From: Tubulanus polymorphus | Taxonomy: Eukaryota > Animalia > Nemertea | Length of the DNA stretch: 64,000 nucleotides | Direction: 5' to 3' | Assembly (NCBI RefSeq): GCF_964204645.1 | Contig: NC_134030.1 | Coordinates: 18,870,210-18,934,209 of the forward strand | Made by a program: the position numbers and the translations under genes | Shown here: positions 12,949 to 27,625 of the stretch, in pieces | Position numbering within the stretch: the first letter of the stretch is position 1 | Layout: each line of letters opens with the position of its first letter | Notes under the pieces: generated by a model | What the model saw: the letters and a program-made list of their open reading frames with translations, nothing else | Told to the model about the DNA's origin: nothing | The model's database searches: none

Positions 12949-15894
12949 CAAAAACTGGGCAAGATATCTATGAATTCCACTTGAATTGTGTTACTGCGCA
13001 CAGTTCCTAGAATTTAAGGAAATTTATTTTTAAAAAAAACCAGCTTTAAAGTTGAGTACCCTGAATTTCAATGCGCGCAGCAAAAACTGGCCACGGATTT
13101 CTATATCAATCTCATGTTGCAAATGAATTTTACATAGCTGAAATACTAGCCAGGCCCTACTAACACTGTCAAAATCCATCTACAAACCGATGAAATATGA
13201 TAAAACACGAATCACAATTTTGGATTTTAAAAAATAGAGAAACATTACCCAACATTACCGGACAAAAGGACCCTAACAAAATGGCGGCTAGCGACTGTAA
13301 AATGGTTTATTTGTAGTTATCTAACTACAAGCTTCAGGAGTATACCACCGATCCGGGGCCTGTGACCCTTTAATCTATATCCGTTCTTTTTAGTCATAAC
13401 TAACACTATATATAACCATGCGTGTGACTACTACAAGAACTAGAATTGTGTTGAATGTAAGGAAAAATGCAGCATTCTTATGCAAAAGGAATCTAGATGT
13501 TTCATTTGTTCACCCAATTCATTTGGCGCATAGCTTTTGCTCGTATGGACTTCATATCAATAGTCAGTATTGTATATAAAAAATGATGAAGGGACGAGTT
13601 GATTGGTAAGAAAAGAACCCCAAGCCAAGCCGCTACCTGATTCGGTATTTCCACAGAAAGCCTCGTCATCAGTTGTGTGTTTACAATTCACAACACCATC
13701 ACAAACTTCAGTCTGTGGAATACATAGATTTTCCTGGCTACATTTAAACATTCCCGGACATGACAAAGTCTCGCAGTTTCGCTCGTCTTCTGAATTAGGA
13801 CAATCTGACCGACCATCGCACACCTGTCTGATAGGTATACAGTACGATGCTGGACATTTCACAGTACCAACTGGGCATACAAATTCTTCAAATACGTGCT
13901 CAAGGTTTCTCCAAACTGGGAAACCATTTGTCATTCGTTCTAGAATACACCTGTGACGTCTAGAATAGCAATGAGGAGAATCGAAAGAACATCTTTGTTC
14001 ATCGGATTCTGTACAGAGATTTGTGAAGTTAGTCGTACAGTGGTGTTCAATGTTGCAATATATCGCAGGATTCACTGTAATATTAGGATTCGTAACTAAT
14101 TCATCTTCCTCAAGAGTTCCACTGCAATCCACGACTCCATCCTGATACAACTGAGAACTGATACAGTCCCCACTGTTACATAAGAACCCCTGACATAGTT
14201 GAGAGGTGCATTCAATTTCATCGGAGTTGTCTTTACAATTAGCTACTCCGTCATATCTGTTCGACCCACTGACACATTGACCACTGATGCAACGAAATTC
14301 CTCGGACAAACACGGGGGATGAAAACATGAATTCTCATCAGAACCATCCACACAATCCTATATGAAATCACAGTAACCACTTATTGATACAATCTCACCA
14401 TCAAAGCATTGAAACTGACTGTATGAATTTATATCCGTACAACTGAGTTCATCTTCGCCGTGTCGACAGTCGTGTCTGGTATAACATACGCGATGGTCGC
14501 TGATACATCTTTGATCGTTACATTTAAACTGCCACGATTTACAACCACTTAAAGAAGCCAACTCTTCTTCAGTTACATTATAGGAACACAAAACAGAATG
14601 GATTTTGTCTTTTGCATTTTCCCAGGGTATCATTACCCAATTAACCGACTGATCGTAAGTAATTTCATCCCTGGTAACAAATTGCTTCATTATCATCCAT
14701 TGCTTGCTAGAATCCAAAGTTAATATAGCGCCATATTGATGCTGATAAAGAAATCTGAAAATCATCTCCTTGGCTTGCGTCAAGTCCTGTATTATACCCA
14801 TTTCCCCGCGTACCTCACGGCACCTTTCTCTTGCACTAACCACGTCAAAAATTTCCTTATTTTCCCTATACCTAACCAACCTATTGCACACATTGTATTC
14901 AGCGTATTGTTATTCAAAATACCTTGTTTAATTTGGGATATCATATTATGTTTTGAATCATTTTCTATCCCAGCCATACTTTTATTGATATCATTTCTTT
15001 CCGATTCACAAAAGAATCGCACGTGAACCTCTTCCATTTGACACGGAAATCGAACCCAGTTCGCTGATCCTCGTGGATTATTCAGTATCATCGCTGTACA
15101 CGGCATATTCACGTCATTTGTCGGTTGTTTTCTTTCATAAGATATCAACCCTTGAAGTACGTCCGGTATCGTGTCGTTATTTATTGGTTTATACAATTCT
15201 GTGTAACTCAACGGTTTGCCGTCAGTCCACGTGTAAAAGCTGGTTTCTGGCTAAAAAGAGAATTGTAAAGTAATATGCGTAATGTCTGGTACGAACTAAA
15301 TCATTGGCTAATAACCGTTAGTGCCGAAATTAAACTTGACCGTTAAGACTTGAGGCCGTTAATTCCCCCGTAAATTTCTTCTTCTGACATCCCAACTCCC
15401 GATAATGTTATCAATACCTTTATGCAACTTAAATTAGATTTACCTGTTTTTTCAATCCAATCAACACAATGAGTGCTCTCTTCGAATATGCAGTTAAAAG
15501 AAGCTTTGTAGCAAATAACGTTTTAATGGAATTCATCTCCTGTTCTGAGTTGATACTTAGTAGATGTCTCGCATACTTCTGTCTACAGTACAATTCAGCA
15601 TTCTCCCAATTCAATCGTTCATCCGTGATGTATTTCACGCATGAAATTCCCGAATATAGAAATCCCGCCTCACACTTATTCTCGTGGTCTTTTATTGGGA
15701 ATGATTCTTGTAGAATGTATTGTATCCGAAATGTTGGGATTCTGTTGGTCACTTGAAACTCATGTGTGGACGCCATCAGACTGTAAAGTATATGCCCTGC
15801 GTGTCGTCCACAGATTGTTTGTTTGTGTTCGGTGTTAGTAAATTTTCCACTTATGTATTGTACGAATAACACTGCTTCTTTAGAGTATTTGGAT
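12949..15894 (-). pseudogene. Inverted, internally deleted fragment of the GPCR unit (3' part of exon 2, intron 2, CLECT-LDLa, TM7, 3' flank)
   Basis: Minus-strand ORFs 15429-15872, 14792-15211, 14358-14891 and 13557-14351 match the array proteins. The last LDLa is fused to the TM7 region near 13650, so the LRRs and TM1-6 are lost. Forward spacer sequence resumes at ~15903. Confidence 0.9.
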
Positions 15895-17684
15895 GAAGTC
15901 TATAAATAGTCTGGAAAAAGGTAAGTAGACTGACGATGGAGAATGTGAATAGAGTTTTCTGCGAAAGTCCATAAAATCCTAATTACCTTTGATGACAACA
16001 TGATTCTCAGATACTGTAGATCTCAGATCCCTTGCGTTCGTGAAGTCAATGCGATGTGTTTTACTGCATGTGCGTTACGCAAAGACGCGGGTGGAAAATA
16101 GCCGTTTACATAATGGAGATTCGTTATTTGCTAAAACTGTTGAAATTGTGAAGATGATTCCCGACCACTCAGACGCACTCGGTATCGTCACTGTCAAATA
16201 ATATATATCGTATTACATTGAAATCAGCAGCTGTGAAACGTACGTCACTGAGCAGAAACTTTCCCGTTGTCCTTGAGATGCTTATTCTGACGATTCAGCA
16301 TAGTCTTCATCCATCCGTCCTCTGAAATGACACCATTCTTGAATCGTTGAATTCACCAATAACGAGATGGTCATCATTAGCTGCTAATTATAATTTTACT
16401 GAATCGTTGATAGTCATCGAGAATGAAAGGGTTGTCATTTGGTAAATAATCATGATTTCGATGAATCTTAAGAATCATGTAGAGTGAGAAGGGCACAAAT
16501 AACTGGTTATAATTTAACTGGAATTTACTTATTTCTATATAGTACGTATGTGAAACATCTGCTACTCAATTATCATGAATTCTGCGTCGATTTATAGAAC
16601 ATGTTACTTGATATAAATATTCGATTTTAAAAAAGCAGCTGGTCATGTAAGTACAGCAATTGTGATTGGAATTGATTCAGATGTACTTCGCATTATTCCA
16701 ATACCGTCAAGTTCACTTAAATTACTCTAATCAATATCCTGTTGGATGATTATTATTCGAATCGATTACTAGGTTATTGAAACCCTTATCCCACCGAATT
16801 AAATGAATTACGCATTGACTTTCTGTAGATTTTAGTACTACCAAACTTCGATGATTGATGTATTGACCTCCTTATACTGTCTGGTCGCGACAATGGTACA
16901 TATTGTACAGCTATGCAGGCGGGTTTGTATATTAATAAAAAAGACTGATGCTTTTTTCCGATGCGGACAGTCGCAAAGACGGACGGATCAACGGACTGAC
17001 CAACAGACGCGGGCAAAAGTTAAGGTACCAAGTTCCCCGCTAAGTCCCCGGAAAAAAGATATTGTTGCGGTAAACTTACAGTATTGTTATAATTCTACGT
17101 TAATTCTACGTCTGCGAATCTTTGCATAATGAATTGAAGCTCAGTCGATTACGTCGCATCGAGTGGACATTCTATACTTAACAACCACTGAAAAACGGTT
17201 GAAGAAATCCTCTGAATTATCGAGAAATTACAAACAAAAGTAGGTGTATACCTGTTTTGAAACACTCTGCATATACGCGTAATGCATCAGCATTAAGGAG
17301 CGACTTGAACGAAACGAAAATAATTTTGAGTATTTTAAAGTATGATTGGGCATATCGAAATAACCACGCGTGGAAACATGAAATTGAGAATTGCTGCTCA
17401 GAGAGATGGTACCGTAATTACTAATATATTGATGTGTATGTCGGAGAGCGAATACTAATGACAGAACGGGGGAAAAATATCATACGCGAGTTCGACAAAA
17501 ATCAGCGGTTGAAAATAATTGCTAGATTTCTAAATTGCCGAGTGAAGCAAATAAATAATTTCACTAGAAAAGAAATATACAATTGTACATCATTTATGAG
17601 TGGAACCTGAAGATATGTGGGCAACCAAGCAGAATTTGAATAGTGAAGGAATTCCTTCATTCTGACGTGACGAAGTTACTCTGT

Positions 17685-20600
17685 ATGGATCGATTGGGAG
17701 CGCTGTTTCTAGCGTCGCTGATCGTCTGGCGAGTTATAATCGCACACGCTGATCCGTCTGACTCTGTGACGATCAGTTCCTCTTGTAACAACACTTGGTA
17801 CCCCGTCGATTCTACGTCCGGTTACATCGTTTCACCGAATTACCCGTCGTTTACGCGCGGTGTTGAATGTCGTTGGTTCGTGAACAGTTCTTTACCGGGA
17901 ACTTTTAACTTCAAACTATACTATGACATCGAGCCGTCGATATTCTGTAGTGCTGACTACCTTCTCGTTGATGGTTCAGATAACAGATTCTGCGGCGAAG
18001 GAGAATATGGCATCCGCCGTAACGGTTTGATCTCGCCGTTGTTGTTTAGGAGTAACGTCGATGGTGCGCGAGGCAGTCGGGTTTATATAACATATCGTTA
18101 TGAACGAAATCGATTGAAAGTCAGCTGTGGTGTGACATTTACTACTCCCAGATTCAAGGAAATTATTACATCGGAGGGATACAAATATTCTATAAGCCAT
18201 CTAGAGAATTGTCGTTTGTTCCTGGAATGGATGGGGATGCCATATGGTTTCGCGATGAACCTGACTTTGGTCAAGATTAGGGTAAGAATGGAATTTCTTG
18301 CTGATCCCGCGACGACTGGTAAAATCTACGACGGATGGAACAGCAGCAGTGAACCTATAGCTCTCATACCAGTACAAACCGGTCATCCAGCTTCATCATT
18401 CTATACTAAGACAAGTAAAACTATTATCTCTCTGCTTGAATATAAACTGAATTTCGATTTTCAACTTTTGGTTCAGATGTATAAAATATCAGATTGGAAC
18501 GTCACTAATCCGTTAATCCAAATCTCTAATGACGAGTTTGGAGTGCTCATTCCTGATGACAACAGTTTACACGTAATAACCCGATCGAAACACTTACACT
18601 GCTGGTCTATCACAGTGCAGGTGTTACAGTACGTCGTCTTCAACTGGACACGTGATCTCAGCACATCCGGTGACGTCATTGGTGTATATAAACTAGAAGG
18701 GTTACGCGTTGTAGGAACTGATATTTTACTCGGTTACAACTACCTGGAATCACTAAGTGTTAAATCTGACGGCTTTCTCGTCATACTGTGCGTTTTGATG
18801 AGCGCTGATGTGATGATGTCGAAACTAGAAATATCCTACAAAATCAATTCACTAACAATAGGTTATTTACACGTTGGGAAATCAGTGGTAAGTACTTCAT
18901 CGTGATATCTGTATTGTCGGTATTTACTTCACGATATTAAACTGCGTTTAGCAATTATTTCTTTCGAAAAATTAAAATGATGATGAAATGTAAGATTATT
19001 TCCCATCGATATGTATCCTGTGCACGTTTAGTTTTAATGAAATGCACCCATCCAAATTGTCGTTCATATGAATCTACTTTTTGAAATTTACAACGAGCAT
19101 ATAACATCTTAAGTAGCGATGGAACATTCATACGATTTTGTTTGTTGTCACAGGTACGCGACCCGCAGGAATGTTTACATTCATTCAGGCTATTTCCGCT
19201 TGTAAAAAGAAAAACGTTGACGTATCGAGTGATCGAACATAAGTTGAAATGGCGAGTGGAAATATCGGAAAAACGATTTCAACTGGCTGTCTTATCGAGA
19301 AACTGCGAGCGAGCTGGATTTTATATATATGATGGTGGTAATTTTACAGCTAGACGCTATGGTCCGTATTGTCCTGGTGATACCTATGGTCGGCCCGTCG
19401 TCAAGTTGATTACATCAGGAGGATCGGTTACTGTAGTAGGATACGCCTACGACTGGGATAATCAGCTAACAGTCAAGACTAACAAACTTTCATGTATCAT
19501 GCTTCGCGCTACTGATTGTGACGGGTATGTGTTTAAGGACGGAGAAAATCAGCTCAAAACGACGTCAGACTGTATCGTGATTCTACCCGAAAACCGACGT
19601 CTTCTTTTAAGAAACATTTACATATTATCAGACCGCGAATATCAAATTGATCGATGTGCTCCGGAATATTTTATATACGTCGCGTGCCGGCCCTATATGA
19701 ATGTCAGCAGTAGTTTTATTACGGGAAATACCTCAACAAGAACTGTGTTAAACAAGGTATCATTTATTAGTCGTCATCCTTTTTTGACACCTGAGCGATT
19801 TATCAAACTGAGACGAAAGTGCTATATGACAAAAAGGGCCGGTCATAGCGGTTTAGTCCCTAAGGATGTGTGTGGACTTGTGCAATCGCCGAACTATCCG
19901 GGACCTGCCGGAATTACTGTTCAAAGAATATTCTATGCAGTCATTTATAAATATCATTACGGAAAATTTCGTTATTACAAATTCGTAATCAAATACATTG
20001 AAATGATTGAATGCGTTAAACAATCCAGATTCTCTAAAGAAGCAGTGTTGTTCGTACAATACGTAAGTGGAAAATTTACTAAAACCGAACACAAACAAAC
20101 AATCTGTGGACGACACGCAGGGCATATACTTTACAGTCTGATGGCTTCCACACATGAGTTTCAAGTGACCAACAGAATCCCAACATTTCGGATACAATAC
20201 ATTCTACAAGAATCATTCCCAATAAAAGACCACGAGAATAAGTGTGAGGCGGGATTTCTATATTCGGGAATTTCATGCGTCAAATACATCACGGATGAAC
20301 GATTGAATTGGGAGAATGCTGAATTGTACTGCAGACAGAAGTATGCGGGACATCTACTAAGTATCAACTCAGAACAGGAGATGAATTCCATTAAAACGTT
20401 ATTTGCTACAAAGCTTCTTTTAACTGCATATTCGAAGAGAGCACTCATTGTGTTGATTGGATTGAAAAAACAGGTAAATCTAATTTAAGTTGCATAAAGG
20501 TATTGATAACATTATCGGGAGTTGGGATCTCAGAAGAAGACATTTACGGGGGAATTAACGGCCTCAAGTCTTAACGGTCAAGTTTAATTTCGGCACTAAC

Positions 20601-23600
20601 TGTTATTAGCCAATAATTTAGTTCGTACCAGACATTACGCATATTACTTTACAATTCTCTTTTTAGCCTGAAACCAGCTTTTACACGTGGACTGACGGCA
20701 AACCGTTGAGTTACACAGAGTGGTATAAACCAATAAATAACGACACGATACCGGACGTACTTCAAGGGTTGATATCTTATGAAAGAAAACAACCGACAAA
20801 TGACGTGAATATGCCGTGTACAGCGATGATACTGAATAATCCACGAGGATCAGCGAACTGGGTTCGATTCCCGTGTCAAATAGAAGAGGTTCACGTGCGA
20901 TTCTTTTGTGAATCGGAAAGAAATGATATCAATAAAAGTATGGCTGGGATAGAAAATGATTCAAAACATAATATGATATCCCAAATTAAACAAGGTATTT
21001 TGAATAACAATACGCTGAATACAATGTGTGCAATAGGTTGGTTAGGTATAGATGGACAGTGTTATCAGGTACTGACACGTTGGGAAAATGAGGAAACTTT
21101 TGACGTGGTTAGTGCAAGAGAAATGTGCCGTGAGGTACGCGGGGAAATAGGTATAATACAGGACTTGACGCAAGCCAAGGAGATGATTTTCAGATTTCGT
21201 TATCCGCATCAATATGGCGCTATATTAACTTTGGATTCTAGCAAGCAGTGGATGATACTGAAGCCATTTGTTACCAGGGATGAAATTACTTACGATCAGT
21301 CGGTTAATTGGGTAATGATACCCTGGGAAAATGCAAAAGACAAAATCCATTCTGTTTTGTGTTCCTATAATGTAACTGATGAAGAGTTGGCTTCTTTAAG
21401 TGGTTGTAAATCTTGGCAGTTTAAATGTAACGATCAAAGATGTATCAGCGACCATCGCGTATGTGATACCAGACACGACTGTCGACACGGCGAAGATGAA
21501 CTCAGTTGTACGGATATAAATTCATACAGTCAGTTTCAATGCTTTGATGGTGAGATTGTTTCAATAAGTGGTTACTGTGATTTCATACAGGATTGTGTGG
21601 ATGGTTCTGATGAGAATTCGTGTTTTCATCCCCCGTGTTTGTCCGAGGAATTTCGTTGCATCAGTGGTCAATGTGTCAGTGGGTCGAACAGATGTGGCTA
21701 ATTGTAAAGACATTTCCGATGAAATTGAATGCACCTCTAAACTATGTCAGGGGTTCTTATGTAACAGTGGGGACTGTATCAGTTCTCAGTTGTATCAGGA
21801 TGGAGTTATGGATTGCAGTGGAACTCTTGAGGAAGATGAATTAGTTACGAATCCTTATATTACAGTGAATCCTACGATATATTGCAATATTGAACACCAC
21901 CGTACGACTAACTTCACAGATCTCTGTACAGAATCTAATGAACAGAGATGTTCTTTCGATTCTCCTCATTGCTATTCTAGACGTCACAGGTGTATTCTAG
22001 AACGAATGACAAATGGTTTCCCAGTTTGTAGAAACCTTGAGCACGTATTGAAATGTGAAGAATTTGTATGCCCAGTTGGTACAGTGAAATGTCCAGCATC
22101 GTACTGTATTCCTGTCAGACAAGTGTGCGATGGTCGGTCAGATTGTCCTAATTCAGAAGACGAGGGAAACTGCGAAACTTTGTCATGTCCGGGAATGTTT
22201 AAATGTAGCCAGGAAAATCGATGTATTCCACAGACTGAAGTTTGTGATGGTGTTGTTAATTGTAAACGTACAACTGATGACGAGGCTTTCTGTAACGTCT
22301 CGTGTCCTAAAGGTTGTGAATGTCAAGGTCATTCGATCAAATGCAACAATTCTCGGCTAGCAGATGTAAATGGCATTTTCCAAGCATCAACGCGAATTTT
22401 AATTTTGTCAAATAACCAAATTGTCTTGGACGTCTTTACATTTTCCCAATACGTTTATCTCCACATGCTCAACCTCACCGCCAATGAATTGTCTTACCTT
22501 TTACCAAACTCGTTCAAGAACCTGCATAACTTACATACATTAGACCTCACGCACAATAATATAACATCATTATCCACAAATACGTTTACTGGTCTGTATA
22601 GTTTGAAAGAGTTATTCATAACTGAAAACCCACTACGTCGTTTAGAGGATGACACCTTCCAAGATTTAAAGTCACTTCAAGTTCTTGATCTTCATGGACT
22701 TTCCTTGTTCGTGCTTGACAGATTCGTATTTAGAGGTCTATCTTCTTTACGATCGTTGAATGTCAGTGGTAACAGAATACGTCGTATTTCACTATTCGCA
22801 TTTTTTGGATTAACTACACTTGAGACCCTCGATATAACCGATAATTACAAAGTCATTTCTGTAGATAGACAAGTTTTTGACAATGTAACGACATTAGCAT
22901 TTCTAACGTCTGATGCTTATAAATTTTGCTGCATGGCTCCGAATGTTGACCAGTGCCTTCCCGAAGCTGATCAATTTTCCTCCTGTTCAGATCTTATTGG
23001 GAATACAGCTCTCAGAGCTATCATCTGGGTCATCGCTTCATGTAGTTTCTTTGCTAACGGATTTGTCATTTCCCTTCGCATTCGAGCGATTCGATTCTCC
23101 TCCTCAAATCCATCCTCAGACATCATCATTATAAACGTTGCTTTATGTGATTTTATGATGTCTATATATTTGTTTCTGATCGCTGGAGCCGATTACATAT
23201 ATAAGGGAATCTACTTTCTCCATTCAGAATCGTGGACGGACAGTGCGCTGTGTCGTCTTGCCGGGGTCGTGGTATCTATTTCGTGTGAAGGCTCATTGAT
23301 ATTCTTGCTCATAATGACGCGTCATAGATATTCAAATATCGTTAATCCTTTTTCTGTGAGCCTGATTACATCTCCGAGATACGTGTCCATTATTTGCTGT
23401 ATATGTTGGGTTGTCCTGGGCATTATTGCAATACTACCTCTTACACCTGTCCCGTACTTCGGAAGCAATTTCTACGGCGCTACAGGGGTTTGTTTACCTA
23501 TGAATTTGATTTCCATTGATGTCGATGCCTGGCATTATTCGTTCATTATTTTTTCTCTGTCTACGTCAGTCATACTTGCTACGATAATGGTGACTTACGC

Positions 23601-23732
23601 GCAAATGTACAGGCTCGTATCTGGAAGCAGGTCTGGTTCAGGAAGAGCTGATCCTACCGAACTGATTTTGGCCCGCAGAAGTTTGGTGATAAATCTTTGT
23701 AATGTAATTTGCTGGTTACCGTTAATTATCGT
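17685..23732 (+). pseudogene. GRL101-like GPCR copy 2 (exons 17685-18887, 19154-20473, 20667-~23732); open to stop 21699-21701 after an 8-bp deletion; TM7 deleted
   Basis: ATG and signal peptide MDRLGALFLASLIVWRVIIAHA are intact and exons 1-2 are open. ACGGAGTA is missing in LDLa3, and the 7TM breaks into (TA)n after TM6. Confidence 0.85.
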
Positions 23733-23750
23733 ATTTAACGTAATTATCGT

Positions 23751-23753
23751 ATA

Positions 23754-23847
<94 letters not shown>

Positions 23848-23875
23848 TATATACCCTTTCTTATATATATATATA
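23751..23875. repeat. (TA)n microsatellite at the truncated end of copy 2
   Basis: Read directly from the sequence. Confidence 0.95.
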
Positions 23876-26800
23876 CTAGTCACGGATGAGATATTTAGAT
23901 TAAAGGGTCACAGGCCCCGGATCGGTGGTATACTCCTGAAGCTTGTAGATAGATAACTACCAATAAACCATTTTACAGTCGCTAGCCGCCATTTTGTTAG
24001 GGTACTTTTGTCCGGTAATGTTGGGTAATGTTTCTCTATTTTTTAAAATCCAATTGTGATGCGTGTTTTATCATATTTCATCGGTTTGTAGATGGATTTT
24101 GACAGTGTTAGTAGGGCCTGGCTAGTATTTCAGCTATGTAAAATTCATTTGCAACATGAGATTGATATAGAAATCCGTGGCCAGTTTTTGCTGCGCGCAT
24201 AGAAATTCAGGGTACTCAACTTTAAAGCTAGTTTAAAAAAAAATTAATTTCCTTAAATTCTATGAACTGTGCGCATTAACACAATTCAAGTTGAATTCAT
24301 AGATATCTTGCCCAGTTTTTGTTGTTCTATGATAATTCAACTGCAGCGTGTCTATTGACATTCCGAGTTTCTGCGCTGTTTTAGCGGTGTGTATTTTAGA
24401 ATAAGGTGTAACTTGTTCTCATTTTCTGCTGTACCCGCAGATTGCAGCAAGCAAAATGACCCTTTGTAATAACGGATATCCCAAGGTCACTTCGACTAAG
24501 TCCCCAATTTTATGTGATGATCAAGCTAGTTTAGGCCTACCAGGGGTGCAATCATGTCGTCCACCAATCCGTCTACGAGAGAGGAGCGTATCGATCTGAT
24601 TGTCAGTGATAAATAAAAACGAACAGAGATTCGACTAATTAGATGTTAAATGGTGTTTTTATTGGATGTCATCTCGATGATAATAGCAGAGAAACTGACA
24701 ATTGCTTTCAAGCAATTTAACACTCAATACTCGTCCCACGGACATTTTTCATGACAGGTACTTGGACAGTTTGCTTGGCAGGCATCCTTTTGTGCGGCGG
24801 GTGTTCGACATTTTACCCAGCAATTGTTGAGACAGATTTGACAATAATCAGGCTGCGCTGAATCAGCGCCACTAGCGACCATTGCGACCAGAGCTAAAAC
24901 TACCAGAAACTGAAAAAGAGTATATTGTTACCAGAGCTGTACTTCCGCGGCTTATCAATGATGATTCCACAGTGGCTGCTCGCTTGAGAGTTCCACGCCT
25001 GCCAAGGGCTGATCCACAATGTAAAACATTGAGCATTAGGACATAAACCACTTTGGCAATAGAGGATTCTACTTATGGCAAATAGGGTCCACCAGGTGTC
25101 ACTAGTGTGCAACTACTGTGGCGATAGTTCAAGATCCCACAGTGAAAAAGAAATCGATGAAAATAAAACAACAAAAGAATATAGCTGCAAAGCGACGATA
25201 ACGGGTTTTCTGCCAAAATAAATGTTTTTGTCGGGGATTCGAGCCAAATATGATGACTATATTATATCGCGATGTAAGCCTTAAAATCACCTTCAATATC
25301 ACAGGATTAGAACGTTCACTATACGCGACACAATTCTATTTGTAGCGAATTCAAGTCATAGACGGAGGTGTCTTATTTTTACAAGTGGAAGCAAAATCTG
25401 AACCCGATAAGATGAATGGCACTGTTTGACAAAAAATATAACGAACAAATATTTGGTATCCGAAAATCTAATTAATTGCTGAATCTCGGAACCAAACTTT
25501 ATCAATTCGGGCTTACAAATTTCTAGAAATATCAAATGAGTAGGTAATGCGGTTTATGTGTTATAAGTATTATCAATTGTTCTTGTAATTGCCAAAGAGT
25601 TCGGTGGCCCTAATACATCTATAATTAACATCAGTACACATGATGAAATACGTAAAAGACATAATAATCAAAATATCAAAACAGGACGTGTTTAGTGCTT
25701 CATAAAAATGACGATAATTTACAAATTGACTTACTAATTCACAGAAATGGTTTGAAAGAAAAGTTTGCAAATCAACTTCCGGTCAGTTTTTTTTGTAAGG
25801 TAACAACGCCAATATACTTTTAACGAAAATAGTGTGGAAAAAGGTAAGTAGACTGACGATGGAGAATGTGAAGAGAGTTTTCTGCGAAAGTCCATAAAAT
25901 CCTAATTACCTTTGATGACAACATGTTTTGCCGATATTGTAGATCTCAGATCCCTCGCGTTCGTGGAGTCAATGCGATGTGTTTTACTGCATGTGCGTTA
26001 CGCAAAGACACGGGTGGAAAATAGCCGTTTTAATAATGGAGATTCGTTATTTGCTAAAACTGTTGAAATTGTGAAGATGATTCCCGACCACTCAGACGCA
26101 CTCGGTATCGTCAATGTCAAATAATATATATCGTATTACATTGAAATCAGCAGCTGTGAAACGTACGTCCCTGAGCAGAAACTACCCCGTTGTCCTTGAG
26201 ATGCTTATTCTGACGATTCCGCATGGTCTTCATCCATCCGTCCTCTGAAATGACACCATTCTTGAATCGTTGAATTCACCAAGAACGAGATGGTCATCAT
26301 TAGCTGCTAATTATAATTTTACTGAATCGTTGATAGTCATCGAGAATGAAAGGGTTGTCATTTGGTAAATAATCATGATTTCGGTGAATCTTAAGAATCA
26401 TGTAGAGTGAGAAGGCCACAAATAACTGGTTATAATTTAACTGGAATTTACTTATTTCTATATAGTACGTATGTAAAACATCTACTACTCAATTATCATG
26501 AATTCTGCGTCGATGTATAGAACATGTTACTTGATATAAATATTCGATTTTAAAAAAAGCAGCTGGTCATGTAAGTACAGCAATTATGATTGCAATTGAT
26601 TCAGATGTACTTCGCATTATTCCAATATCGTCAAGTTCACTTAAATTACTCTAATCAATATTCTGTTGGATGATTATTATTCGAATCGATTACTATGTTA
26701 TTGAAACCCTTATCCCAAAACGCACCGAATTAAATGAATTACGCATAGACTTTCTGTAGATTCTAGTACTACCAAACTTCGATGATTGATGTATTGACCT

Positions 26801-27625
26801 CCTTATACTGTCTGGTCGCGACAATTGTGTACACATTGTACAGCTATGCAGGCGGGTTTGTATCTTTATAAAAAAAGACTGATGCTTTTTTCCGATGCGG
26901 ACAGTCGCAAAGACGGACGGATCAACGGACTGACCAACAGACGCGGGCAAAAGTTAAAGTACCAAGTTCCCCGCTAAGTCCCCGGGACAAAGATATTGTT
27001 GCGGTAAACTTGCAGTATTGTTATAATTCTACGTTTATTCTACGTCTGCGATTCTTTGCATAATGAATTAAAGCTAAGTCGATTACGTCGCATCGAGTGG
27101 ACATTCTATACTTAACAACCGCTGAAAAACGGTTGAAGAAATCCTCTGAATTGTCGAGAAATTACAAACAAAAGTAGGTGTATACCTGTTTTGAAACACT
27201 CTGCATATACGCGTAATGCATCAGCAAAAAATGATATTCAGGAGCGACTTGAACGAAACGAAAATAATTTTGAGTATTTTAAAGTATGATTGGGCATATC
27301 GAAATAACCACGCGTGGAAACATGAAATTGAGAATTGCTGCTCAGAGAGATGGTACCGTAATTACTAATATATTGATGTGTATGTCGGAGAGCGAATACT
27401 AATGACAGAACGGGGGAAAAATATCACACGCGTTCGACAAAAATCAGCGGTTGAAAATAATTGCTAGATTTCTAAATTGCTGAGTGAAGCAAATAAATAA
27501 TTTCACTAGAAAGAAATATACAATTGTTCATCATTTATGAGTGGAACCTGAAGATATGTGGGCAACCAAGCAGAATTTGAATAGTGAAGGAATTCCTTCA
27601 TTCTGACGTGACGAAGTTACTCTGT

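Noticed and set aside
17643-17684. GTG start extension called by the ORF track (also 37672, 48430)
   Set aside because: In a eukaryotic gene the downstream ATG directly begins a good signal peptide.
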